Virus record (IMG/VR): IMGVR_UViG_3300011335_000173
Coordinates: 1 to 24,740 of that record
DNA length: 24,740 nt
Source of the DNA: a virus
Lineage: Duplodnaviria; Caudoviricetes
Reading direction: 5' to 3' (one strand)
Part shown: piece by piece, positions 16,260 through 24,740 of the stretch
Layout of the letters: each line of letters begins with the position of its first letter
Numbering within the stretch: the first letter of the stretch is position 1
Made by a program: the position numbers and the translations under genes
Notes under the pieces: model-generated
Told to the model about the DNA's origin: nothing
Database searches by the model: none
The model's input: the letters and a program-made list of their open reading frames with translations, nothing else

Positions 16260-16841
16260 ATGGCAAGAACTGGCGTTCAGGTATTTGGGATCAAGGAAGA
16301 TCTCAAGACGCTGAACAAACTCGCCCCAGATCTACGCCGACAGATCACTAAGGACTACCGCGCACTTATGCAGCCGACTATCTCGGACGCGCGGAACAAT
16401 CTCCCGACGGGTATCGGCGTGACCGTCATGCGTGGCTTTGGTCGTAAGTGGCGACACATCTTCCCTTGGGACAAAGCAAACGCGAACAGGTACATCAGCG
16501 GCAAGATCGATACTCGACGCGCACGCCAACGGAACATGGACAAGGGCGCGCAATACGAAACTCTGAGCGCGTTCATCATTCAACAGAAGAACCCTGCCGG
16601 CATCGTGTTTGACATCGCTGGTCGTGGTGGCAGATCGTCGTCATCCCAGAAACGCAAAGGTGGGACATACGAGTGGAACAACACGCTGATAGAGAATATG
16701 GACAAGACCTTCGGCAAAGCGTCGCGCTCAATGTGGCCTGCAGTAGAAGCGAATACAGACAACATTGAAGCAGCAATCAAAAACATCACCGAAGAAGTCG
16801 AGCGTCAGCTCACAGTCGCGCTGAGTAGGAGCAACATTTAA
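16260..16841 (+). CDS. HK97 gp10-like tail/neck protein (genome B)
   Basis: Homolog of 2008..2550 (LKTLNK...LRRQITKDY). Confidence 0.55.
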   Translation: MARTGVQVFGIKEDLKTLNKLAPDLRRQITKDYRALMQPTISDARNNLPTGIGVTVMRGFGRKWRHIFPWDKANANRYISGKIDTRRARQRNMDKGAQYETLSAFIIQQKNPAGIVFDIAGRGGRSSSSQKRKGGTYEWNNTLIENMDKTFGKASRSMWPAVEANTDNIEAAIKNITEEVERQLTVALSRSNI

Positions 16842-18751
16842 TGGCTATTCGCATCCCCATCATCACCGATTTCCAAGGTGACGGACTCAAGAAAACTTTT
16901 GAGCAATTCAAGGCGCTTGAAACCAATGCTGAGAAGGCATCATTCGCGCTCAAGAAATCATTCGTCCCAGCATTAGCTGCGATCGGTGGCTTGACCGCTG
17001 GGCTTGTCATGAGCTCAAAGGCAGCTGCAGAAGATCAGGCTGCACAGGCACAACTTGCGCGACAGCTCCAAGCAACGACCGGAGCAACCGATAAGCAGAT
17101 CCAAGCCAATGAGGATTTCGTTAGCACTCTGTCTCGTAGCGCAGCTGTAGCCGACGATGAGCTTCGTCCGGCACTTGCCAGCCTCGTCCGTGGTACTGGC
17201 GATCTGGCATCTGCACAGGATGCGCTCAAGACCGTCCTTGATGTCTCGGCTGCCACAGGCAAGGGCGTTCAGGAAGTCGCTGATGCTGTGTCCAAGGCTT
17301 ACGGCGGAAACACTAAAGCGATCAAACAACTATCCCCAGAGCTCTTCAAGCTCATCAAAGATGGCGCGTCAGTTGATGAGGTCATGCAGTCACTCGCATC
17401 AACTTTCGGTGGCGCTGCATCAACCGCTGCGAACACGGCTCAGGGCAAGTTCAAGAACCTCACCATCCAGCTTGGTGAAGCCAAAGAAGCAATCGGAACC
17501 GCGCTCCTTCCAGTCGTTGAGGTGATGGTCGGAGCGTTCACCAATTTCGCTATTTGGGCACAAAAGAACACAGGCGTGATCGTCGGCATCGCTACCGCTA
17601 TCGGACTGATCGCTGGGGCGATCGTGGGAGCCAATGTGGCGATGGCTGCATGGAAAGCAGTCAGCGTCATCACAGCTGCAGTGAACTATGCGCTCGCAGC
17701 ATCCTTCACAGCTGTCCAGATCGCGACAGGTATCGGCATCGCAGTCGTCATCGCAGGTATTGCAGCGTTCGCTCTTTACAAGCGCCAGATGGACGGAATG
17801 AAAGACAGCCTCGGCGCGTTCAATACGACGCAGGGATACAGCAATTCACAGCTTCAGCGCATGTCAGACAACGGCACACTCGCAACCGAAGCGGTGACTG
17901 GTCTTGATATTGCAGCAACGGGTGCTGGTGGCGCGATTGACAAGATGGCAGAAAAGATCAAGAAGGCTCGCGAAGAGCTGACGGATCAATTCAGCACAGC
18001 TCTTGACACAGCCAAGGGCAAGCTCGAGGAAGCAAAGAAGGCTTACGACGATTTCAAGGGCACGGTCGCCGAATCGGTCACTGGAGAGTTCTCGGTATCG
18101 GGTGCAGCTGACGCTGCCAAAGAAGCCGGAACGACCATCCTCGCCCAGCTCAATCAGCAAGCATCAGGAGCGAAACAGTTCAGCAAGCAAGTAGAGCAAC
18201 TACTCGCGATGGGCTTGTCACAGGACGCGCTCAGAAGCGTTCTAGAGGCTGGTCAAGAGGCTGGCAGTGCAATCGCTAACGAACTCATTATCGGGGGCTC
18301 TGACGCGATTACAGGACCCAATGGGATCAACACGCTGGTCAGTGACCTGAACTTTGTTGCCGATGCTCTCGGGACCTTGGCTGCAGACAAGTTCTATCAA
18401 GCTGGAGTCACACAAGGCGAGCAGTATTTGGCTGGCGTTCAGTCAGCAATCCAAGCTGCAGAGCAACTGCTCAAGAATCCGAATCTCAAGCTTGCTGATG
18501 TCAAGGGCATCGGAGCCAAGTTTGCCAGCGATGTCGTTGGGATCAACACAGGCGCTCCAGCGTCAGCATCAAATGCGCTGTCTCCATTGTCGCCATCAAT
18601 GCGCGGTGGCGACTCATACACAGTCAATGTGAACGGCGGATTACTCACAAACGCTCAGACAGGCAAGGTCGTCATCGACGCTGTGAAGAGCTTCAACCGT
18701 GCATCGGGTCCAGCTGACATCGCGGTCCGTCCAATTACTGGCAGATACTAA
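16841..18751 (+). CDS. Tape measure protein (636 aa, genome B)
   Basis: N-terminus MAIRIPII homologous to 2550..3866; Ala-rich and helical. Confidence 0.9.
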   Translation: MAIRIPIITDFQGDGLKKTFEQFKALETNAEKASFALKKSFVPALAAIGGLTAGLVMSSKAAAEDQAAQAQLARQLQATTGATDKQIQANEDFVSTLSRSAAVADDELRPALASLVRGTGDLASAQDALKTVLDVSAATGKGVQEVADAVSKAYGGNTKAIKQLSPELFKLIKDGASVDEVMQSLASTFGGAASTAANTAQGKFKNLTIQLGEAKEAIGTALLPVVEVMVGAFTNFAIWAQKNTGVIVGIATAIGLIAGAIVGANVAMAAWKAVSVITAAVNYALAASFTAVQIATGIGIAVVIAGIAAFALYKRQMDGMKDSLGAFNTTQGYSNSQLQRMSDNGTLATEAVTGLDIAATGAGGAIDKMAEKIKKAREELTDQFSTALDTAKGKLEEAKKAYDDFKGTVAESVTGEFSVSGAADAAKEAGTTILAQLNQQASGAKQFSKQVEQLLAMGLSQDALRSVLEAGQEAGSAIANELIIGGSDAITGPNGINTLVSDLNFVADALGTLAADKFYQAGVTQGEQYLAGVQSAIQAAEQLLKNPNLKLADVKGIGAKFASDVVGINTGAPASASNALSPLSPSMRGGDSYTVNVNGGLLTNAQTGKVVIDAVKSFNRASGPADIAVRPITGRY

Positions 18752-20046
18752 TGGCAGCGTCCGTCATCCAGTCAGGCGAGTACCTGCTTGAGATTGATAC
18801 AGGCTGGGATTCTTCAAGCTTTCAACTTGACTCAACGACGAAGGGCGTGCTTGACAATACGACTTACAAACTTGGACCGACGACAGAGTTCGCTGATGTG
18901 ACCGACGGTGTTCTTGATGTGTCCATCACTCGAGGACGACGCGACATCGGGGACCAGTTCGCTCCCGGCATCATGAACTTCACACTCAATGACCGAATCG
19001 CTTATGGAGCTTTCAACCCGTTCAACCCCGATTCGCCGACATTCGACCCAGCCAACAATCAGCCCGGCATCGCACCAATGCGTCGAGTCCGCTTCTACCG
19101 ATACAACTCGCTCGGCGTAGCGCAATCACTCTTCCAAGGATTCATCGTCAATTATGACTATCAATTCAACCTAGACAACAATGACCTAGTTGTCATTCAA
19201 GCAATCGATGACCAGTATCTACTTTCGCAAGCATTCCTAGACGAATGGAATGTGGATGAAGAGATCGCCTCGACTCGTGTCGTAAAGCTTCTAGCGCTCC
19301 CAGAAGTGGACGCTTTCCAAGGAGTAGGTCAGCAATCAATAGAGACCTCAGCGGTCACGCTTGGCGGTGCAGCTGCATGGACCGTCCCATCGGGATCTAA
19401 TGCTCAGGGGTATCTCAATGACATCATGGCTGCAGAGCAAGGTCGAGTGTTCGTGGATCGCTCAGGCGTGTTCACATTTCAGAAGCGTCTTGGACCAACA
19501 ATTTCAGCGCCATCAGTTGAGTTCGGTGACAACGACCCAAGCCACACTCCCTACGATTCAGTAGCAATCAACTTCGGTGCGGACAAGGTAGTCAATAGGG
19601 CATCTGTTACCCATCTTGGCGCGACCGGACCACAGACCGTTGATGATCTGGCAAGCCAAGCACAATACTTCATCCAAGCTGTCGCCTACACCGAAAGCCT
19701 TCTCCACAACGACGCTGCAGCTCTGACCTTGGCGACCTATCTGATCCAAGGTGAACCGACCGCGACACTGACCAGCGTGAACACAGCATTCCAAATGCTC
19801 TCCACAGCTGAGCGCGATTCGGTAGCAATCCTTGAGATCGGTGACACAATCAGCATTGAAAAAACGATCACAACCCCAGAGACAACGACAAGCGTGATCG
19901 CTCAAGAGTCCTTCGTGGAAGGCATTGAGCATCGGATCTCATTCAGCCAGCCACATCAAGTCACGATCTATACATCACCGACGACCGTCTATCAAATCTT
20001 CATTTTAGACAGTTCCACACTCGACACGATCTACGCACTAAGTTAG
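18751..20046 (+). CDS. Minor tail / baseplate hub protein (genome B)
   Basis: Homolog of 3866..5155. Confidence 0.7.
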   Translation: MAASVIQSGEYLLEIDTGWDSSSFQLDSTTKGVLDNTTYKLGPTTEFADVTDGVLDVSITRGRRDIGDQFAPGIMNFTLNDRIAYGAFNPFNPDSPTFDPANNQPGIAPMRRVRFYRYNSLGVAQSLFQGFIVNYDYQFNLDNNDLVVIQAIDDQYLLSQAFLDEWNVDEEIASTRVVKLLALPEVDAFQGVGQQSIETSAVTLGGAAAWTVPSGSNAQGYLNDIMAAEQGRVFVDRSGVFTFQKRLGPTISAPSVEFGDNDPSHTPYDSVAINFGADKVVNRASVTHLGATGPQTVDDLASQAQYFIQAVAYTESLLHNDAAALTLATYLIQGEPTATLTSVNTAFQMLSTAERDSVAILEIGDTISIEKTITTPETTTSVIAQESFVEGIEHRISFSQPHQVTIYTSPTTVYQIFILDSSTLDTIYALS

Positions 20047-20055
20047 GGAGTACTT

Positions 20056-20775
20056 ATGGGAGCCAACGCACAAACCTCAGTACCAGCCTTCGTTGCTGGG
20101 GAAGTATTGACAGCTGCCGAAATGACGCAGGTGAACACCGGGGTACCAGTCTTTGCAACCACCGTCACTCGTGATGCTGCTTTCGGTGGCACGGGTGAAA
20201 AGACGCTTGCTGAAGGACAGTACGCCTATATCGAAGCAACTAATACAACTCAATATTATGACGGTGCGGCTTGGCAAACTCTTGGCGGTGGTTTAGTTGT
20301 TGTACAAACGGAAACGGCTTTTACCGCTTCTAACTCAATAGTTGCAAACAATGTTTTTACTAGCGCTTACCGTAACTACACGATTAAATTTACTTCTACC
20401 GCTTCTACGGGTGTGGGCTTGTATATGAAATTGCGAGTGGGTGGGGTTTCGGCTTCAACTAATTACAACTACCAAGCGTTAAGCGTAAGTAGTACTTCGG
20501 TTACTGGTGTAAGAGTTGGAAGTTCAACATATGCCGAAATTGGAAGTATTGCGGTTCAAGAAAGCGCTGCGACATTAAATTTATATAACCCCGCAGTTGC
20601 CGTGGCTACAAATTTTGACGCAACAACGGCCTACAACTCGGCAGCATTTACTAGCCCCGTTTCGTATTTATACACGGGCAACCATTCAACGGCAACCGCT
20701 TATGACGGAATAGAGATTTACCCGTCAAGCGGCACACTTACTGGCTCATACACAATTTACGGTTGGGGTAAATAA
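20056..20775 (+). CDS. Tail fibre / receptor-binding-like protein (genome B)
   Basis: FVAGEVLTAAEM anchor, an extra ~45-aa insert, and a C-terminal domain homologous to 5163..5741. Confidence 0.6.
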   Translation: MGANAQTSVPAFVAGEVLTAAEMTQVNTGVPVFATTVTRDAAFGGTGEKTLAEGQYAYIEATNTTQYYDGAAWQTLGGGLVVVQTETAFTASNSIVANNVFTSAYRNYTIKFTSTASTGVGLYMKLRVGGVSASTNYNYQALSVSSTSVTGVRVGSSTYAEIGSIAVQESAATLNLYNPAVAVATNFDATTAYNSAAFTSPVSYLYTGNHSTATAYDGIEIYPSSGTLTGSYTIYGWGK

Positions 20776-20978
20776 TGGCTAAATATATGGTCAATGAAAA
20801 CGGCGTAGACCGTGAAATGACAGTTGATGAAGTTGAACTTTACGAAGCCGCGATGACCGAAAATCAAAAACAAAAAGACGCACAAGCACAAGCCGACGCA
20901 GATCGTCAAGCACTCAAGACAGCCACGCTTGCAAAACTTGGACTTACTGCCGACGAAGTAGCTGCACTCCTTTCTTGA
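20775..20978 (+). CDS. Small tail-fibre-associated protein (genome B)
   Basis: Homolog of 5743..5943. Confidence 0.6.
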   Translation: MAKYMVNENGVDREMTVDEVELYEAAMTENQKQKDAQAQADADRQALKTATLAKLGLTADEVAALLS

Positions 20979-20982
20979 TTCG

Positions 20983-21147
20983 ATGGATGCTCAGATTGTG
21001 GTGGCTCTGGTCGGTGGGGGTTTCGCTGTACTGGTGGCGCTCATTAGCAAAATCGGCAGCGACAACAAAAAAGATCACGGAAAAGTCCACCAAATCCTTG
21101 GTCGAATAGAAGAAAAGATTGACAATCATGTTGAAAATCACAACTAA
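20983..21147 (+). CDS. 54-aa single-TM membrane protein (genome B), not in the ORF track
   Basis: MDAQIVVALVGGGFAVLVALISKIGSDNKKDHGKVHQILGRIEEKIDNHVENHN*. Confidence 0.8.
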   Translation: MDAQIVVALVGGGFAVLVALISKIGSDNKKDHGKVHQILGRIEEKIDNHVENHN

Positions 21148-21331
21148 AGACAAAGCCATGATTGCCAGTTATCTTCGATCAGTCGTCGGCGCGCTTATTG
21201 CCGTTTATTCCACAGGCACAACAGATCCACGCGACTATGGCAAAGGTGCAATCGCAGCAATTATCCCTCCGTTGCTGCGCTGGGTGAACCCCAAAGATTC
21301 AGGCTTCGGGCGTGACAATAGCCAAAGCTAA
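21128..21331 (+). CDS. Putative holin (genome B)
   Basis: Homolog of 6093..6296. Confidence 0.65.
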   Translation: MLKITTKDKAMIASYLRSVVGALIAVYSTGTTDPRDYGKGAIAAIIPPLLRWVNPKDSGFGRDNSQS

Positions 21332-21836
21332 ACCCGAAGTCCCAAACGCTAGGGACTACATCGGCAACGCTGACGGAGCATCACCAGCTCCTCGAGCAGG
21401 CATGAACGAATGGATCAAGCAAGCCATCGCTGCATCAAACGGATCGCTATGGAACAACGGTTCATGGGGTCAGCGTGACATGCGAGGAAAGCCCGGATCC
21501 CTGTCGGTCCATGCGACTGGCAGAGCTGTAGATCTTTCATACCGCAAAAGTGAAAAGCATCCTCAAGCGTCACGCAAAGAAGCGCTTGTGTTTATTGACA
21601 AGCTTGTCGCGAACGCGAACGACCTCGGTCTCCAGTGCATCCTTGACTATGTAGGTCCGAACGGCAGAGCTTGGAGATGCGACCGCTATGCGTGGAAGGT
21701 TTATGACAAGCCAACACTTCACGGCGTGCCGGGCGACTGGTTCCATATTGAGATCACACCACAAGCTGCAGACTCCGTGATCTGGGTGAAAGCTGCATTC
21801 CTAAAGGTCTTCGGGGAAATCCCACCTAAAGCTTGA
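21312..21836 (+). CDS. Endolysin, M15-like zinc peptidase (genome B)
   Basis: SVHATGRAVD and WFHIE motifs. Confidence 0.8.
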   Translation: MTIAKAKPEVPNARDYIGNADGASPAPRAGMNEWIKQAIAASNGSLWNNGSWGQRDMRGKPGSLSVHATGRAVDLSYRKSEKHPQASRKEALVFIDKLVANANDLGLQCILDYVGPNGRAWRCDRYAWKVYDKPTLHGVPGDWFHIEITPQAADSVIWVKAAFLKVFGEIPPKA

Positions 21837-21878
21837 CCCATGCCCTAAGGTCGAATTACCGACGGAAGGCAAGTGACT

Positions 21879-22055
21879 ATGAGTGAACCACAGTTCTTTG
21901 ATTACAGCGTCTATGTAGGCGTGATGGATAACGGACAAGAGATCCTCGTACAGATCTTCACAGAGCCCGAAACGGGAAAATATCTACTAGGACAGATTGC
22001 ATTCAGATCGCACGCTTCATCATGGGGCGTGCCCATACCACTGGAGAAAAAATGA
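21879..22055 (+). CDS. 58-aa hypothetical protein (genome B)
   Basis: Homolog of 6848..7024; start may instead be GTG 21873. Confidence 0.85.
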   Translation: MSEPQFFDYSVYVGVMDNGQEILVQIFTEPETGKYLLGQIAFRSHASSWGVPIPLEKK

Positions 22056-22558
22056 ACTACTTTGCAGAGAAATTGATTGGGATAGTGCTTTGTACGGTCT
22101 TTGGGGTTACTGCTCTCACGGGGGCTCCTAGCGCGTCTAAAGAGTCTTCTGGGACTATCGCCTTAGCACCGATCAGCGTCCAGCCATACCTGATTGAGCC
22201 AACCACGACCACCAGCTCCACGATCTACATTGATCCCTACAGCACAGCTTGCGAACAGTTCTCAGCTTTGGCAATCAACCTCGGCTGGGATCCGGAGCAG
22301 CGCACCGTCCTCGAGTCAATCATGAAGCGCGAATCCAACTGCACACCAAACGCAATCAATCGCAAAGACCCACACGGCGGATCACGCGGATTACTTCAGA
22401 TCAACGGCTCATGGCATAAATGGCTCACCGCCAAAGGCATCATCGCCAAGCCTGCAGATCTGTTACAGGCTCAGACTAACTTGCTCGCTGGATTAGCAAT
22501 TTATAACTACGGCATGGAGCGTTACGGCTTCGGCTGGGGACCTTGGAGCGTCAAATGA
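22052..22558 (+). CDS. Secreted or membrane-anchored SLT lytic transglycosylase (genome B)
   Basis: RES and GLLQIN motifs; N-terminal hydrophobic segment; homolog of 7021..7530. Confidence 0.85.
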   Translation: MNYFAEKLIGIVLCTVFGVTALTGAPSASKESSGTIALAPISVQPYLIEPTTTTSSTIYIDPYSTACEQFSALAINLGWDPEQRTVLESIMKRESNCTPNAINRKDPHGGSRGLLQINGSWHKWLTAKGIIAKPADLLQAQTNLLAGLAIYNYGMERYGFGWGPWSVK

Positions 22559-22818
22559 GTGAGGGCAGTGCATGGAATCAAGGCGAACTAACAGAAGAAA
22601 CCCGACGAATGGTTATGGAGCAAGCTATGAACACAAATCACGCTATGGCAATCTTCGGTCTTATGGATGACATTCTTGCGGTGAGTCAAAACCCTCACGC
22701 ATCAATTATTCGTCGTCTTCGCACAATGAAAAACCAACTTTCACTGAATGATCCGATGCCACTTTACGATGTGACTACACTGGACCAAGCAATCAAAGCG
22801 CTTGAAGCGCACTCATAG
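22555..22818 (+). CDS. Conserved hypothetical helical protein (genome B)
   Basis: Homolog of 7527..7790. Confidence 0.75.
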   Translation: MSEGSAWNQGELTEETRRMVMEQAMNTNHAMAIFGLMDDILAVSQNPHASIIRRLRTMKNQLSLNDPMPLYDVTTLDQAIKALEAHS

Positions 22819-22832
22819 AAAAGGCATCCGAC

Positions 22833-23186
22833 ATGTCCGACCATCAGCCAGAACTATTCCAGATCACCACAGGGTTAGGTGGCACTAAATATGTGCCTAC
22901 TGTCAATCGGAATGTGGTTATCACAGCAAAGAGAGCGCATCCAACATCGCTCAGCGCTGCGAAAAACGCATTCCCACGATCAGGATCTAAGCGTCAAAAA
23001 ATCTACAACGCAATCAAGCTCTTCGGCGGAATGACAGACGAAGAAATAGAGCGAACACTTGAGATGTCCGGCAACACAGTTCGTCCTTCGCGTGTGTCAC
23101 TTGTGCGCGACGCTCTAGTCATGGACTCAGGACGCACACGCAAAACAGTCTCAGGCAACGATGCGATCGTCTGGGTGGCTTGCTAA
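22833..23186 (+). CDS. Winged helix-turn-helix DNA-binding protein (genome B)
   Basis: RQKIYNAI...GMTDEEIERTLEMSGNTVRPSRVSLVRDALVMDSG...IVW pattern. Confidence 0.65.
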   Translation: MSDHQPELFQITTGLGGTKYVPTVNRNVVITAKRAHPTSLSAAKNAFPRSGSKRQKIYNAIKLFGGMTDEEIERTLEMSGNTVRPSRVSLVRDALVMDSGRTRKTVSGNDAIVWVAC

Positions 23187-23764
23187 TGGCATTCGATCTA
23201 AGCAACTACGAGACAGTCGAGCAACGCCTAGTCCGATGGTGGGCTGCATACCCAGACGGTCGGATCCACACCACGATGATGAACTACACAGGCGATGCTT
23301 GCGTGTTCTACGCGCAGCTCTACGCGCACAAAGATGACAAAGATCCAATCTCAACTGGCTATGCCGAAGAAATCAAAACAGATCGCGGAGTGAACTCAAC
23401 ATCATTTGTCGAGAACTGTGAGACAAGCGCAATCGGGCGCGCCATATCAAACTGCCCGATCCAAGGACACGGAAACGGTCCACGACCTTCTCGTCAGGAG
23501 ATGGAAAAGGTCGCTCGGCTGGGGGGCAACCTAGCGCCCACCACTGATCGCCCAGCCGGGCAACCATCCATCCAAGAACACATCCCTCGAGGAGCGTTCG
23601 CCACACCAAAGCAAATCGGCTACATAAAGAAGCTGGCAAAAGACAAAGGTCTAGACGATCTTCGCTTACTTGAGTTGATCCATCGTGAACTCGGTGATGA
23701 CAGCGCGGTTCTTGAGCTGCTCAAATCACATGAAGCGTCCAAGATTATTGAAGTGCTCAAGTGA
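23186..23764 (+). CDS. Rad52/Sak-like single-strand annealing protein (genome B)
   Basis: Homolog of 8210..8758. Confidence 0.75.
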   Translation: MAFDLSNYETVEQRLVRWWAAYPDGRIHTTMMNYTGDACVFYAQLYAHKDDKDPISTGYAEEIKTDRGVNSTSFVENCETSAIGRAISNCPIQGHGNGPRPSRQEMEKVARLGGNLAPTTDRPAGQPSIQEHIPRGAFATPKQIGYIKKLAKDKGLDDLRLLELIHRELGDDSAVLELLKSHEASKIIEVLK

Positions 23765-24102
23765 AGCCTAATTTGACGATGAGTGAAGCCGATCTCAAAG
23801 AGGTCGTGATCAGTGTCGCAAAGCGTTACGGCTGGCTTATTCATCACGATCTGCCGGCACAGAACTCTCGAGGACGCTGGCTGACCAATGTCCAAGGCGA
23901 CGCAGGCTTCCCCGATCTGATCTTGCTGCATCCCATCTCAGGCAAGTTGCTTGCTGTGGAGCTCAAAGCAGAGAAGGGAAAGCTCTCACCATTACAGAAG
24001 CGCTGGCTCATGGCATTCGATGCTGGCTCGCACTTCAATAGCGTCTGGAAGCCCTCTGACATGGAGTACATTCTCTACACTCTGAGCAACTTCCAGCTCT
24101 AA
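23761..24102 (+). CDS. VRR-NUC domain nuclease (genome B)
   Basis: GFPDL...VELKAEKGKLSPLQKRWL. Confidence 0.85.
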   Translation: MKPNLTMSEADLKEVVISVAKRYGWLIHHDLPAQNSRGRWLTNVQGDAGFPDLILLHPISGKLLAVELKAEKGKLSPLQKRWLMAFDAGSHFNSVWKPSDMEYILYTLSNFQL

Positions 24103-24324
24103 ACAATCGGCTAGTCGCATGACCTACACCGTCGCAAGGTGATCGGGTAACACACGGAAAGCGTGGGTAGATCGGTGCGCCCTCAATCATGCACGACGAA
24201 GTGAGCGAGGCAAAGCACCGAGGCGAGTCGTGAACATAATCGACTGATGAGTGCAAAGGGAACTGGGATGGGCAATCCAGTGGGTGGAGCATTCATCCCT
24301 GTATGTCTTCTCGGTTCGCATAAC
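24103..24324 (+). ncRNA. Candidate structured non-coding RNA (copy B)
   Basis: Covarying homolog of 9362-9582. Confidence 0.75.
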
Positions 24325-24327
24325 ATA

Positions 24328-24435
24328 CACACAAACAAACAAAGCAACAGACACGGACACACACACATGAGACCGACATCACTGACAAGGGCAAGCCACG
24401 CAGTGGCGCGCCAGCACAAGCGAAGCGCGTGAGTC
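24328..24435 (+). other. AC-rich tract and GNA-loop hairpin cassette (copy B)
   Basis: GGC-aa-GCCAC-GCA-GTGGC-gc-GCC (24390-24412) and GCGAAGC (24420-24426). Confidence 0.5.
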
Positions 24436-24740
24436 ATGGCTCGAGGACGAACAACAGACAACACCGAGTATCGGAACAACAGAGCAGCATTACTCAAAGG
24501 ACAACCGCTCTGCCATTGGTGCCAACGCAAGACCGCTGATACTGCAGATCATCTAGTTGAAGTTGATCGCGGTGGTGACAACTCGCTGTCCAACCTCGTG
24601 CCGGCATGTCGAGAATGCAACAGCAGACGCGGAACCCAATACAAGAGCGCGCGCGACCGCCAACGAATCCACGACCGAGCCGAAGCAACACGAACCATCG
24701 CACAACGAGAACCGATTCTTTACACAGACCCTTCCTCGCC
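24436..24740 (+). CDS. HNH domain (5' part of HNH-TerL), running off the window end; not in the ORF track
   Basis: MARGRTTDNTEYRNNRAALLKGQPLCHWCQRKTADTADHLVEVDRGGDNSLSNLVPACRECNSRRG...ILYTDPSS, with no stop before the end. Confidence 0.9.
   Translation, partial: MARGRTTDNTEYRNNRAALLKGQPLCHWCQRKTADTADHLVEVDRGGDNSLSNLVPACRECNSRRGTQYKSARDRQRIHDRAEATRTIAQREPILYTDPSS

Larger units (their letters stand above)
9981..24740 (+). mobile_element. Mini-siphophage genome B, apparently complete (~14.76 kb)
   Basis: Runs TerL-portal-protease/MCP-tail-lysis-SLT-Rad52-VRR-NUC-HNH and returns to the position homologous to ~9978 at the window end. Confidence 0.8.

Noticed and set aside
724-24703. Minus-strand and nested alternative-frame ORFs in the track (e.g. 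9177..9626, 15572..16132, 24183..24530)
   Set aside because: They shadow well-supported + strand genes or the structured region, lack recognisable motifs, and are not conserved as proteins between A and B.
87-24740. Simple tandem duplication or collapsed repeat of one genome
   Set aside because: The copies differ substantially in sequence, gene content and oligonucleotide usage.
1-24740. Integrated tandem prophages
   Set aside because: No integrase, repressor, att-like repeat or host gene is visible in the window.

Overview
The window holds two related but clearly diverged copies of a very small (~14-15 kb) siphovirus-type phage genome, joined head-to-tail with every credible gene on the + strand. 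Gene order per unit: HNH-fused terminase large subunit, portal, prohead protease-major capsid fusion, head-tail adaptor, tail completion, major tail, tail assembly chaperone (-1 frameshift), HK97 gp10-like protein, tape measure, baseplate/minor tail, fibre, small membrane proteins, M15-type endolysin, SLT transglycosylase, wHTH protein, Rad52-like annealase, VRR-NUC nuclease, then a non-coding control region. Genome A (partial) runs from 1 to ~9.98 kb and genome B from ~9.98 kb to the window end. Two clues place the junction inside the HNH-TerL gene, at a probable cos site: a sharp switch in GGCC usage, and the window ending at the homologous point in B. I see no small terminase, polymerase, primase, helicase, integrase or repressor. 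The most notable signal is a ~230-nt multi-stem non-coding element upstream of HNH-TerL. It shows compensatory base changes between the two genomes in at least six helices, is followed by a GNA-loop hairpin cassette, and does not match any RNA class I can recognise by eye. All calls are from reading the sequence only; no database searches were run.
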